The notes beneath the pieces are model-generated. The model did no database searches and was not told where the DNA came from. It saw only the letters and a program-made list of their open reading frames with translations. Below are positions 1 to 10,712 of a stretch of 64,000 bases of DNA, piece by piece (positions within the stretch are counted from its first letter, which is position 1; the number at the start of each line of letters is the position of its first letter). This DNA is from Leucoraja erinacea (Eukaryota). The position numbers and the translations under genes were made by a program. Location of the stretch: positions 32,550,001-32,614,000 of the forward strand of contig NC_073391.1 of assembly GCF_028641065.1 (NCBI RefSeq), read 5' to 3'.

Positions 1-832
1 TGACTGGAAACAGTGGAGCGGCATCTAATACAAGAGAGGAGAGAGGGTTACAATCTGCCTAGTGCATAGAAACCGGACCCTTGGCCCAAATGGTCTGGTG
101 TTGATTGATTCGAAAGATGCAGCACACAAACAGGCCCTTTGCCCCACCGAGTCCGTACCGTCCATCAATCACCCATTCACACTAGTGCTGTTATCCCACT
201 TCCTCATCTACTCCCTACGCGCTAAGGACAATTTACAGGGGCCAATTAACCTACAATCCTGCATGTCTTTGGGATGGGGGAGAAAACCGGAGCACCCAGA
301 GATACAGGGTGGAAACATGCCCTTCGACCCACCAAGCCCGCCCACCCACACTGATCATCGATCACACATACACTAGTTCTATGTCCTACACACTAGGGTC
401 AGTTTACAGCAACCAATTAACCTACAAACCCACATGTGTTTCAGATGTGGGATGGAACCCATGCCCAGCAGTCACAGGAGAACGTAAGAAAATGCAAACT
501 CCACACAGACCGCAACCGAGGTCACTTTATGTGACACTGCTACATCTGACACTGAATCTCCTATTCTATTGAGAAGGAAGCACTGAATATAAGACGTAGC
601 AGCAGAATTAGGCCATTCGGCCCATCGAGTCTGCTCCGCCATTTGACCATGGCTGAATCTATTTTTCCGTCTCAACCCCATTCTCCTGCCTTCTCCCTCA
701 GAACTGGTGCGCTGCCCTGTGTGGCTCTGGAAAGGGATTGAAGGAAGCTTGCAGCGCATCTCCGTGACTTTGCTTTTCCCTGCCCTTGTCGATTAGAGAA
801 ATAAGACCAAAAATAAGCCACTTGCTGCTCAC

Positions 833-892
833 CAATACTGGGGGTGATGCCACCTTCTATGAGACTGGAACACAGTTCAATTCGACTTGCTC
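833..892 (-). CDS. CUTC: CUTC copper homeostasis protein, internal coding exon
   Basis: Minus strand ttttgcag|GA GCA AGT CGA ATT GAA CTG...ATT G|gtgagc encodes (G)ASRIELCSSLIEGGITPSI(G), matching the CutC motif GADRIELCS.L.EGGTTPS. The exon is 60 nt, phase 1-1. Confidence 0.93.
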
Positions 893-948
893 CTGCAAAA
901 CAAGAACAGGTATTAATAATTTCTCAACAGAAACATCAGTAACAGATT

Positions 949-1243
949 GGGCGGCAAGGTGGTGCAGTGGTAGAGTTGCGCCTCACAGCGCCAGAGACCT
1001 GGGTTCAATCCTGACTACGGTGCTGTCTGTACAGAGTTTGTCCGTTCTCCCTGTGATGTTGTGGGTTTTCTCCGGGTGCTCCGGTTTCCTCCCACACTCC
1101 AAAGACATGCAGGTTTGTAGGTTTGTAGGTTAATTGGCTTCTGTAAATTTCCCCGAGTGTGTAGAATAGTCCTACTGTACGTGTGTTCGTTGGTTGGTGT
1201 GGACTCGGTGGGCCGAAGGGCCTGTTTCCGCGCTGTATTTCGC
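949..1243 (+). mobile_element. tRNA-derived V-SINE (HE1/MER6-like), representative copy
   Basis: tRNA-like head with A box (TGGTGCAGTGG) and B box (GGTTCAATCC), central GTGGGTTTTCTCCGGGTGCTCCGGTTTCCTCCCAC domain, and CR1-like tail GGGCCGAAGGGCCTGTTTCC. More than 20 copies or fragments occur in the window. Confidence 0.85.
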
Positions 1244-1415
1244 TACACTATTTTAAATCTGTTTCCTCCGGGTGCTCCGGTTTCCTCCCACTTCCCAAAG
1301 ATATGCGGGTTTGTAGGTTAATTACCTACAATATCTCTGGCAAATGTGATGCCGAGGTAAACTATTCTCTGCCTGCACGTGATCCATATCGCCCCATTCC
1401 CCGCGTAATACGTAC

Positions 1416-1490
1416 CTCCCAGTTCAGCATTGATTGCAGATTCCACTGAATCCACACACACCTCCATTTGAATGCCTGGTGCCATCGAAC
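1416..1490 (-). CDS. CUTC: CUTC exon with N-terminal MEVCVDSVESA motif (candidate start ATG at 1485)
   Basis: ttcatag|GT TCG ATG GCA...CTG GGA G|gtacgt encodes SMAPGIQMEVCVDSVESAINAELG. It joins the 833-892 exon in frame. The gene is head-to-head with COX15, as in human. Confidence 0.92.
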
Positions 1491-1814
1491 CTATGAATCA
1501 GATTGTCAGTGCTGTCAACAATAAACCTTCAACGTCTTGGTCCGCAGAACCATCGATACTTCCCTAAGTAGTGGGTCACAGATGTGGTCAGTTTTTCTAG
1601 GGACCATTGTGCCTAGCCTTTCTCCTGAAATGGTAAAACAGTAGGCCAAGTGGCTACAAGAGGCAAACCTGGCTGTAGGGATGGAAGAGGAGTTGAGGAG
1701 TACGACTGGGATGAGATCGATGAAGTTCTTCTCTCCACAGATGCTGCCTGGCCCGCTGAATTACCCCAGCATTTTGTGTCTATCTAAGATGGGTTACTGT
1801 AGGAAATGGAGACC

Positions 1815-2220
1815 CAGAGGCTGCCTCGGCAACAACGCCAGCATAATCAAGGACCACTCTCTCTTCTCCCCTCCCCCACCAGGCATGAGGTACAGAATTG
1901 TGAAATCGCACACCTCCAGATTCAGGGAGAGGTTCTTCCCCGCTGTTATCAGGCAACTGAACGTCCTCTCACTAGTTAGAGAGCAGTCCTGACCTACCAT
2001 CTATCCACCTCATTGGAGACCCTCAAACTATCATTAATCAGACATTATTGGACTTTATCTTGCACTAAATGCTATACCCTTGATCCTGCATCTGTACACT
2101 GTGGACGGCTTGATTGTAATCATGCATAGTCTTTTTGCGGACTGGATACCACGCAGCAAAAATCCTTTCACTGTACCGATGTACAATGTTCACATGTGAC
2201 AATAATAAACTAAACTAAAA
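1815..2220 (+). mobile_element. Rex1/Babar-type LINE 3' fragment
   Basis: Degenerate RT C-terminus (ASIIKD..HSLFSP.P.G.RYR..K.HTSRFR..FFPAVIRQLN) followed by a 3' UTR ending TGTGACAATAATAAACTAAACTAAA. Related copies lie near 20265-20812(-), 43460-44200, 52965-53400 and 57670-58040(-). Confidence 0.7.
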
Positions 2221-3170
2221 TAAAGGAAACAATAATAACTGCAGTTATTGCACTATAAAAATGATGGTTAAAAATAATGTAAGACATTGGATATTGGGCA
2301 ATTAAATATGTCATATTCCAACCTCAGTAACAGAACACTACAGACCACCTCGTGCACTGTCATGTACTTGTTTTCTGTCGCCAGGACAACAGACCTTTAT
2401 GGTCCAGTAAAGACTATTTTACAAACTCTGAGCTTGAAGGGTACAAAATGGCCCTGGATATGTGGCGACGTGTATTGCCTTAGTGTAATCTACTATCTTT
2501 ACACTCTTGTGCCTAAGTCTGAATGTGCTTATTTTTGTGCCTATGTTAGTAAGATTTTTACTGAATTTAGATTAAAACAAAAAGAAACACCGTACCTAGC
2601 TACATGTGACAATAAAGTACCATTGAACCATTAATTGTAGATGTTTGCAATAACACACTTTCATTGTCTTTTTTACACTGTCTTGTACTTGAGGTGTACT
2701 GCTTGCTTTTGTGGGCTTGTCTGGTGTTGCTGCAAGCAAGGTTTCATTGTACCTCTCCCCCACCATCAACCCTCTCAGAATTTTCTAGACAGACGTCTAT
2801 CAGGTCTCCCCTCAATCTACAGATTGCGGTGTATTGGCAGAACCAAATTTTGTTCTGCTTTTTTTTCAGTTCTTTGTGTCTTAAACTTGTGACTTTGTTA
2901 ATTCGAAGGAAAATAATTTAGCAAGCTTTTTCCCAAAAAATCCTTAAGCCATAACATGACGATCGCAATCATTTCGTTTGGGAGAATTTATTGCAAATAA
3001 ATAAATGTGGAAAGGCTCAGCCAGGCGAGGTTACCTGTCACTCTGGGGGTCTTCCAGGGTAATGCACTTTTTGTTTGATCCAGTAAGACAGGCAGTGAGT
3101 GGCCGGGAGAGTGGAGAGGAGGAGCTGAGATGAAGTCTGTGTGCTTGCAGACATGCTGAGCTTGTGATGG

Positions 3171-3592
3171 GGGTTATATACTGTTGCAACAAGTTGCATA
3201 TGCCCGCGTGTTGCGGGTTATATACTGTTGCAACATGTTGCATATGCCCGCGTGTTGCGGGTTATATGTTGTTGCAACGCCAGCGTGTTGCGGATTATAT
3301 ACTGTTGCAACGCCAGCGTGTTGCGGGTTATATACTGTTGCAACGCCAGCGTGTTGCTGATTATATACTGTTGCAACGCCAGCGTGTTGCGGGTTATATA
3401 CTGTTGCAACCAAAGATCTTAGTTGGTTGCAACGCCAGCGTGGTATCAATTGTAGCAACGCCAGCGTGTTGCGGGTTATATACTGTTGCAACGCCAGCGT
3501 GTTGCGGATTATATACTGTTGCAACGCCAGCGTGTTGCGGGTTATATATTGTTGCAACGCCAGCGTGGTATCAATTGTAGCAACGCCAGCGT
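3171..3592. repeat. 33-bp minisatellite
   Basis: Unit GTTATATACTGTTGCAACGCCAGCGTGTTGCGG, about 12 imperfect copies, each with the palindrome GTTGCAAC. Confidence 0.93.
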
Positions 3593-3646
3593 GATGTGCA
3601 GTGAAGGGACAACATGGAAAAATATTCATGGCATACTCGTTCATAT

Positions 3647-5157
3647 ATTAAGGGAGCGCACTGTCTGGGGGAGGGGGTATTGAGGGAGCGCACTTTGGTA
3701 TTAAGGGAGCGCACTGTCTGGGGGAGGGGGTATTGAGGGAGCGCACTGTCTGGGGGAGGGGGTATTGAGGGAGCGCACTGTCTGGGGGAGGGGGTATTGA
3801 GGGAGCGCACTGTCTGGGGGAGGGGGTATTGAGGGAGCGCACTGTCTGGGGGAGGGGGTATTGAGGGAGCGCACTGTCTGGGGGAGGGGGGGTATTGAGG
3901 GAGCGCACTGTCTGGGGGAGGGGGTATTGAGGGAGCGCACTGTCTGGGGGAGGGAATATTGAGGGAGCGCACTGTCTGGGGGAGGGGGGTATTGAGGGAG
4001 CGCACTGTCTGGGGGAGGGGGTATTGAGGGGAGCGCACTGTCTGGGGGAGGGGGTATTGTATTGAGGGAGCGCACTGTCTGGGGGAGGGGGTATTGAGGG
4101 AGCGCACTGTCTGGGGGAGGGGGTATTGAGGGAGCGCACTGTCTGGGGGAGGGGGTATTGAGGGAGCGCACTGTCTGGGGGAGGGAGTATTGAGGGAGCG
4201 CACTGTCTGGGGGAGGGGGTATTGAGGGAGCGCACTGTCTGGGGGAGGGGGGTATTGAGGGAGCGCACTGTCTGGGGGAGGGGGCATTGAGGGAGCGCAC
4301 TGTCTGGGGGAGGGAGTATTGAGGGAGCGCACTGTCTGGGGGAGGGGGCATTGAGGGAGCGCACTGTCTGGGGGAGGGGGGTATTGAGGGAGCGCACTGT
4401 CTGGGGGAGGGGGCATTGAGGGAGCGCACTGTCTGGGGGAGGGGGTATTGAGGGGGAGCGCACTGTCTGGGGGAGGGAGTATTGAGGGAGCGCACACTGT
4501 CTGGGGGAGGGGGTATTGAGGGAGCGCACTGTCTGGGGGAGGGGGGTATTGAGGGAGCGCACTGTCTGGGGGAGGGGGCATTGAGGGAGCGCACTGTCTG
4601 GGGGAGGGGGTATTGAGGGAGCGCACTGTCTGGGGGAGGGGGCATTGAGGGAGCGCACTGTCTGGGGGAGGGGGTATTGAGGGAGCGCACTGTCTGGGGG
4701 AGGGGGGTATTGAGGGAGCGCACTGTCTGGGGGAGGGGGTATTGAGGGAGCGCACTGTCTGGGGGAGGGGGGGGTATTGAGGGAGCGCACTGTCTGGGGG
4801 AGGGGGTATTGAGGGAGCGCACTGTCTGGGGGGAGGGGGTATTGAGGGGGAGCGCACTGTCTGGGGGAGGGGGCATTGAGGGAGCGCACTGTCTGGGGGA
4901 GGGGTATATGAGGGAGCGCACTGTCTGGGGGAGGGAGTATTGAGGGAGCGCACTGTCTGGGGGAGGGAACATTAAGGGAGCGCACTGTCTGGGGGAGGGA
5001 GTATTGAGGGAGCGCACTGTCTGGGGGAGGGAGTATTGAGGGAGCGCACACTGTCTGGGGGAGGGAGTATTGAGGGAGCGCACTGTCTGGGGGAGGGAGT
5101 ATTGAGGGAGCGCACTGTCTGGGGGAGGGGGGTATTGAGGGAGCGCACTGTCTGGGG
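3647..5157. repeat. ~32-bp G-rich minisatellite between CUTC and COX15
   Basis: Unit TATTGAGGGAGCGCACTGTCTGGGGGAGGGGG, roughly 47 copies. Variation is mostly in G-run length. Confidence 0.97.
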
Positions 5158-5351
5158 GTGTGACGCTTCATAATGCCGCTAATAATGTAGCGCTCCTTCA
5201 AATCTCCCCCTCCCCCCGTCACGTGTCCCGGACCGTCGCCCCCGTCACGTGCCCGTGGGACTGGGCACCGGGCAGTATGACGGGCTGTGATTGGCCGTCT
5301 AAGCGTCCGCGTCGCGGAGTTCACCCTTGACCCGAGGCGCCGGCGGAGGTG
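5158..5351. promoter_or_regulatory. CpG-rich proximal promoter/5' UTR of COX15 (possibly bidirectional with CUTC)
   Basis: CpG-dense. Contains two GTCACGTG E-boxes (~5218, ~5244), a TGACG half-CRE and a reverse CCAAT (ATTGG ~5290), directly upstream of the ATG. Confidence 0.6.
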
Positions 5352-5417
5352 ATGCTGCTGTTGCTGGGGCTGCGGAGACTGAGCGGCGGCGGCGGTGGCG
5401 GTGGTAGCGGTAGCGCG
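5352..5417 (+). CDS. COX15: COX15 heme A synthase exon 1 (mitochondrial targeting peptide)
   Basis: ATG CTG CTG TTG...GCG|gtgagt encodes MLLLLGLRRLSGGGGGGGSGSA. It is 66 nt, phase 0, and in frame with exon 2. Confidence 0.8.
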
Positions 5418-5809
5418 GTGAGTGGGGAGAGAACAGGTGGGGATATATGGGGTGGATAGGGAAGAGGTATTTGGGGGTACATGGGGTTGGGGTGGTGGGG
5501 GCGAGAGGACAGGGAAACCAGAGGGTATATGTGGTGGTGGAGGGGATGTATGGGGTAGCCGGGGATGGAGAGGGAGTAGGGATGGGATGGGAGGAGAGGG
5601 GGTAGACGTGAGCTAGACTTCAACTCATTGCAACGTGGAGGCTGTGGGCCTGGAACTCAGTTTTCCTTTCCCCTGGCTCAGTCTGAAGAAGGATCTCGAC
5701 CTGAATTATCACCTATCCAACAGGTTGTGCTGGAGGGGGGTTTCTTCCAACACCTAAAGTTTTCATCAGGGTACAGTCCCGGACCCCTAGCATGATCTGC
5801 CTTCAAAAG

Positions 5810-8140
5810 TCCACTCAAAGATTAGACTCTTTGCAGATTATTGTATTCTCTATAATAAAATACCATCCATGGAGGATTCGGAGAGACTCCAACCAGACCT
5901 TGATGCTTTCGTCATATGGGAAGGAGATTGGCAGATGTCTTTCAATTCTTCTAAGTGCTTCAGTATGAGAGTCACCCACAGCAGGAATCCGGTTACAATG
6001 ACGTACAAGATGGGGCACTCCACCCTGGAAGAGGTGAAACATCATCCCTACCTGGGAGTAGAACTGTGTGGCTAGGTTCAGCTCCAATTCAATAATTAAG
6101 TTTGCTGATGACACTGTGGTGGTGGGCCTGATCTCAGACAATGATGAGAAGGCCTACCAGGAGGGAGCTGGCTGGGATCTAGTCCGGGGAGGGGGTGCCG
6201 GGAGCGCATCTAGTATGAGGGAGCGCACAGGTCTGAACAGCCTGGGGGAGAATGGGTCCTGGGGGGTGAGGGGGTATTGAAGGAGCGCACTGTCTGGGGG
6301 GAGGAGGGACGTACTTAGGAGGGCACTGTATCAGGGAGGCACTGTCTGTACACTCCATTGAGGGAAATGTCTGGGGGAGGGGGTATTGAGGGAGCGCACT
6401 GTCTGGGGGAGGGAGTATTGAGGGAGCGCACTGTCTGGGGGAAAGGGGAACATTAAGGGAGTGTCTGGGGGAGGGGGTCTTGAGGGAGCGCACTGTCTGG
6501 GGGAGGGAGTATTGAGGGAGCGCACTGTCTGGGGGAGGGGGAAGTATTAAGGGAGCGCACTGTCTGGGGGAGGGGGTATTAAGGGAGCGCACTGTCTGGG
6601 GGAGGGGGTATTGAGGGAGCGCACTGTCTGGGGGTAAGGACGCTTCATAATGCCGCGCCTTGTACCAGCTCCTTCAAGCGCATTGAGGAAATTCAGGGAG
6701 TGTCGCCCCGAGGATCCGTCGCAGTCACGTGTCTGGGACTGGGCACAGCAGCTGTGTGGCCGTCTAAGCGTCCGCGTCGCGGAGTTCACCCTGTCCGAGG
6801 CGCCGGCGGAGGAGTGATGCTGCTGTTGCTGGGGCTGCGGAGACTGAGCGGCGGCGGCGGTCAGGCGGCGCGGTGAGTGCCAAGGGATATATGGGGTGGA
6901 CAAGAGGTATTTGGGGGTACTGTGAATGGGGTTGGGGTGGTGGGGGCGAGAGGACAGGGAAACCAGAGGTTATATGTGGTGGTGGAGGGAGGATGTATGG
7001 AGAGTAGGCGTTCGGGATGGAGAGGGAGTAGGGAACTGGGGGAGGAGACCCCATTGCAACGTGGAGGCTGTGGGCCTGGAACTCAGTTTTACCTGCTCAG
7101 TCAGAAGGTGAACTCGAGAGAAATCCAAAGGTTCATGGGGGACCTTCTTCCAACACCTGCAAGTTTCATGTTGAGGTTCCACTACGGTACAGTCCTGGAA
7201 CCCCTCCGTTGCCACGCAAAAGAACGGAGAGGTTTGAGAAGGAGTTTCTTTGCAGAGGCAATTCGGACTGTAACCGCCTTTCTTACTAGGGACTAACTCT
7301 ACAGAATGTTTTTCTTTTTATTATTTATTATGTAAAATAATATGTGTGTTATGATTGTGTTTATAATTTGTTTGGTTGTTTTGTTGTTCCGCGAGCATTG
7401 CCACTTTCATTTCACTGCACATCTCGTATGTGTATGTGACAAATAAACTTGACTTGACTTGACTTAACTTAGCAGTGATTTGAAATGGTCTACTCACATC
7501 AACCAAACAACCGCCAAGGCTAACAGAATTCTGCGATTGCTGAAGAGATATATTTATTATTGAAACAACAGAACCAAGTCTAGCCTACAAGACTCTGATA
7601 AGACCCAAACTTGTGTATTGCTCTGCGGCCTCGGATCGACAACACAAAACACATGGGGACAAGTTAGAAAGAATTCAAAATAGAGTTGCAACGTTTACCA
7701 TTGGTGATTACAGCAAGGAGTCCAGTATCACTAAAATACTTGCTGATCTAGAGTGGGGAAACTCTTCAAGACCGTAGGACCAAATTACGCCTGATGACCA
7801 TCTATAAAGAAACGCACGGGTTTATTCCAAACAACCTCATGAGTCATCTTCAATCTACAAATTCATCCAGACAACCAAAGACCAGGCAATCGGTGGTTTT
7901 CATTCCAGCAAGTCAAGACTGTTATAGGTGTTCACTGTACCCAAAGACAATTCGCTAATGGAATCATCTCCACCATGACATTCACAATGTACCTGACGTC
8001 CAGACCTTCAAGACCAAGTTGGAAACAATCGATATTAAGACGCTGACTTCTAAGGCCCACTTTAATATTTAATTGTGACTTTGCACATGACCCTCGACAA
8101 CCAGTGATGGTGATTATACGTCAAGATACAGATACAGATA
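5810..8140 (+). mobile_element. Old CR1/L2-group LINE RT fragment interrupted at ~6066-7469 by a Rex1/Babar insertion and duplicated COX15 sequence
   Basis: ...LQPDLDAFVIWEGDWQMSFNSSKC...HPYLGVEL stops at 6065 and resumes as SSDLKWSTHINQTTAKANRILRLL at ~7470, ending in a (GATACA)n tail. The insert starts with Rex1-like IIKFADDTVVVGLI and ends with AATAAA(CTTGA)n. Confidence 0.7.
6817..6872 (+). pseudogene. COX15: Second, out-of-phase copy of COX15 exon 1
   Basis: ATGCTGCTGTTGCTGGGGCTGCGGAGACTGAGCGGC...CG|gtgagt is 56 nt (phase 2), which is incompatible with the phase-0 exon 2. The flanks duplicate ~4900-5790. Confidence 0.6.
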
Positions 8141-8661
8141 TTCCTTTTCTCTAGAGATGCTGCCTGACCCACTGAGTTACTCCAGCACTTTGTGTTCATC
8201 TTTTGTGTAAACCAATGTCTGCAGTTCCTTTGTGCACAGAAATGTGCAGCACAGCAATAGATCCTTCGGCCCACAATATCATTGCTGAACATGATGCCAA
8301 GTTGAACTGATCTCCTCTCTGCCTGCATGTGACCCATATACCACCATTTCTAGCATACCCATGTGCCTGCCTAAAAACCACTATATTATCTCCTGTTGAC
8401 TCCTGCCTCTCCATCTCTGGAAACCATAGATGGGTGATGGTTTGGGTCAGGACCTTTCATGAAATTGCAGGCAGGAGTGGGAAAGAAAGCCTGCAGGAAG
8501 AAGGGGCAGAACAATTTTATTCCTTTCTTGATCTATCTTTATTACAGTATAAAGGGCACAAACTCTCCATGCCAATCTTGTGAGAAAAGAGAGCACCCGT
8601 ACCTCCGGCTCTCGGGGAGGGCGATGGTGGTAATGCTCTTTTGTTCACGTTTTCTTCTCAG

Positions 8662-8843
8662 CTCCGCCCGCTGTGGAAGCGCTATGTGGTGCGAAGGGGG
8701 AAGAGCTCTGTTGTCGCCGATGCCACCGCGGGGTCTGCAGCTGCCTTGGTGCCCAACGCTGCCACCAACCGCGTGCTGGGGAAATGGATGATTGCCTGCA
8801 GCGGAATGGTCGTTGGGGCCGTGGTCCTTGGCGGAGTGACCAG
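8662..8843 (+). CDS. COX15: COX15 exon 2
   Basis: ttctcag|CTC...ACC AG|gtgaga encodes ...RVLGKWMIACSGMVVGAVVLGGVTR. 182 nt. Confidence 0.96.
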
Positions 8844-9917
8844 GTGAGAGAACGAGCTCCTTGTCAAATATAACAAATCTGCCTTCCCAGGGCATTCTTT
8901 AATTATTTAAGTGTTTTATTGTCATATGTCCCGAAATGAAACCATGAAACTCTTACTTGCAGCAGCATAACAGATATATTAGCATGCCGCTCTGTAAAAG
9001 CCATAAAAAACAGCAAAAGAAAGCAAAAAGACAAAACAATGACCCCATCTATGTAGTTTAAAGCTTACTTAGAGGTTGTACATGGTTCTTGGTCCTCCAA
9101 AAATATTCCAAATGGAATTTAAACCGGACGTGGCGGAGGGTGGATTTAAGTACTGCTTAACGGCCCAATGATTGTAGGGATGAATCTGGACTTTACAGTT
9201 TTTAGGTTCCAATACCTTCTTCCAGATAGCAGGAGTGAAATGAAAATATGGCCAGGATGGTTTGGGTAATGTGAGGGGAGGTCAGTACCCGTGATAGACG
9301 TTGTTCACCACTTATTACAATTTTTTCGTTCCTGGGCGTTTGAGTTGCCGAACTAGGCCGTGATGCGACCAGTCAATATACTCCCTATTATACACCTGTA
9401 GAGGTTCAAGAGACTATTCATTGACATACAGCTTTCAGGATGTGGAGTCACTGGAAGGATCGGCATGTTCTTCTCTGCCTGTCGCGCCGAGTTAACCGAC
9501 AGCCCTGGACTGAAGTTCCGCGCTTGTTGTGAGCCCAGGGTCGCTACTGCTCCGGGCCGGTGTCCTGTCAGTCCAGGGCTGTTGCTTAACTCGGCGGGAT
9601 AGGCAGAGTTGAGCTGGAGTTAGCGCTTCTCCTCCGCGCTGGCTGTAAGCCTGGGGCCACCACTGCTCCGGGCCGGTGTCCTGTCAGTCCACGGCTGACT
9701 GGATAGCACGCAATATAAAAGCTTTTACTGTGACAATAATAAACAAGTATCAAATAATAAACTAAACTACTGGAAACACTCTCCACATCCACTTGATCAA
9801 GACCTTGCGTTATTACATTTTGCCTCTTTCACCTTAAAGCTCTGCATGCTACTGACAATGTATCGCAGATTATGGGCTTCCCATGGTGGTAGTAAAGGTT
9901 TTCCTTCTCTTTCACAG

Positions 9918-10040
9918 GCTGACCGAATCTGGCTTGTCAATGGTCGACTGGCACCTGATCAAGGAAATGAAGCCCCCCAGTACCCTGCCTGAGTGGGAGG
10001 CAGAGTTTCAGAAGTACCAGCAGTTCCCCGAGTTTAAGAT
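9918..10040 (+). CDS. COX15: COX15 exon 3
   Basis: [40 protein letters not shown], with AG/GT boundaries. 123 nt. Confidence 0.97.
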
Positions 10041-10524
10041 GTGAGTCTATCGTGCCAGAGTCCAGCGTTCGATCCTGACTCTGGGTACTGTCTGTACGGA
10101 GTTTGTACGTTCTCCCTGTGACCACGTGGGTTTTTTCTGGGTGCTTCGGTTTCCTCCCACACTCCAAAGACATACAGGTTTGAGGGTTAATTGGCTTTGG
10201 TAAAATTGTAAGTTGTCCCTAGTGTGTAGGATGGAACTAGTGTACGTGGATTGCTGGTCGGCGCAGACTCGGTGGGCTGGAGGGATTGTTTCCACACTGT
10301 ATCTCTAAAAGCTAGGGATTAAGTATTGACGGAGCGCTGCACTGCCAGAGAGAGTATTGACGGAGCGCCGCACTGTCAGAGATGGAACAAATTGTGCGGC
10401 AGTGGGGGGAAGCTTTTCTGTGTAGATTCTTGCTGGTAGAATGACCATTTCTACTCTCCTTCCATCTGCAAACTGTGTGTGTTGGCCTGTGCCTACTTCA
10501 CTGGCTTGGTATTTTTTTTTGCAG

Positions 10525-10712
10525 ATTAAACCATGACATGACTCTGAATGAGTTCAAGTTCATCTGGTACATGGAGTATTCCCACCGGATGTGGGGCCGG
10601 GCGGTGGGACTGGCCTACAATCCTCCCCGCCGTCTACTTCTGGAGGAAGGGCTGGATGTCGAGGAGCTTGAAGCTGCAGGTGGTGGGCCTGTGTGGCTTT
10701 GTGTGCTTCCAG
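10525..10712 (+). CDS. COX15: COX15 exon 4 (apparent +1 insertion at 10619-10620)
   Basis: [31 protein letters not shown], then [31 protein letters not shown] in a shifted frame. It is 188 nt, but 187 is needed to join exon 5 in phase. Confidence 0.93.

Noticed and set aside
949-1030. tRNA-like sequences (here and in the other SINE copies)
   Set aside because: They are SINE heads with A/B boxes that continue into the SINE body, and there is no complete cloverleaf.
3171-5157. CRISPR-like regular repeats
   Set aside because: The units are head-to-tail with no unique spacers, there are no cas genes, and the context is eukaryotic.
3571-5324. 460-558 aa Pro-rich ORFs in all three minus frames
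   Set aside because: They are translations of the 32-bp minisatellite, whose C-rich strand lacks stops.
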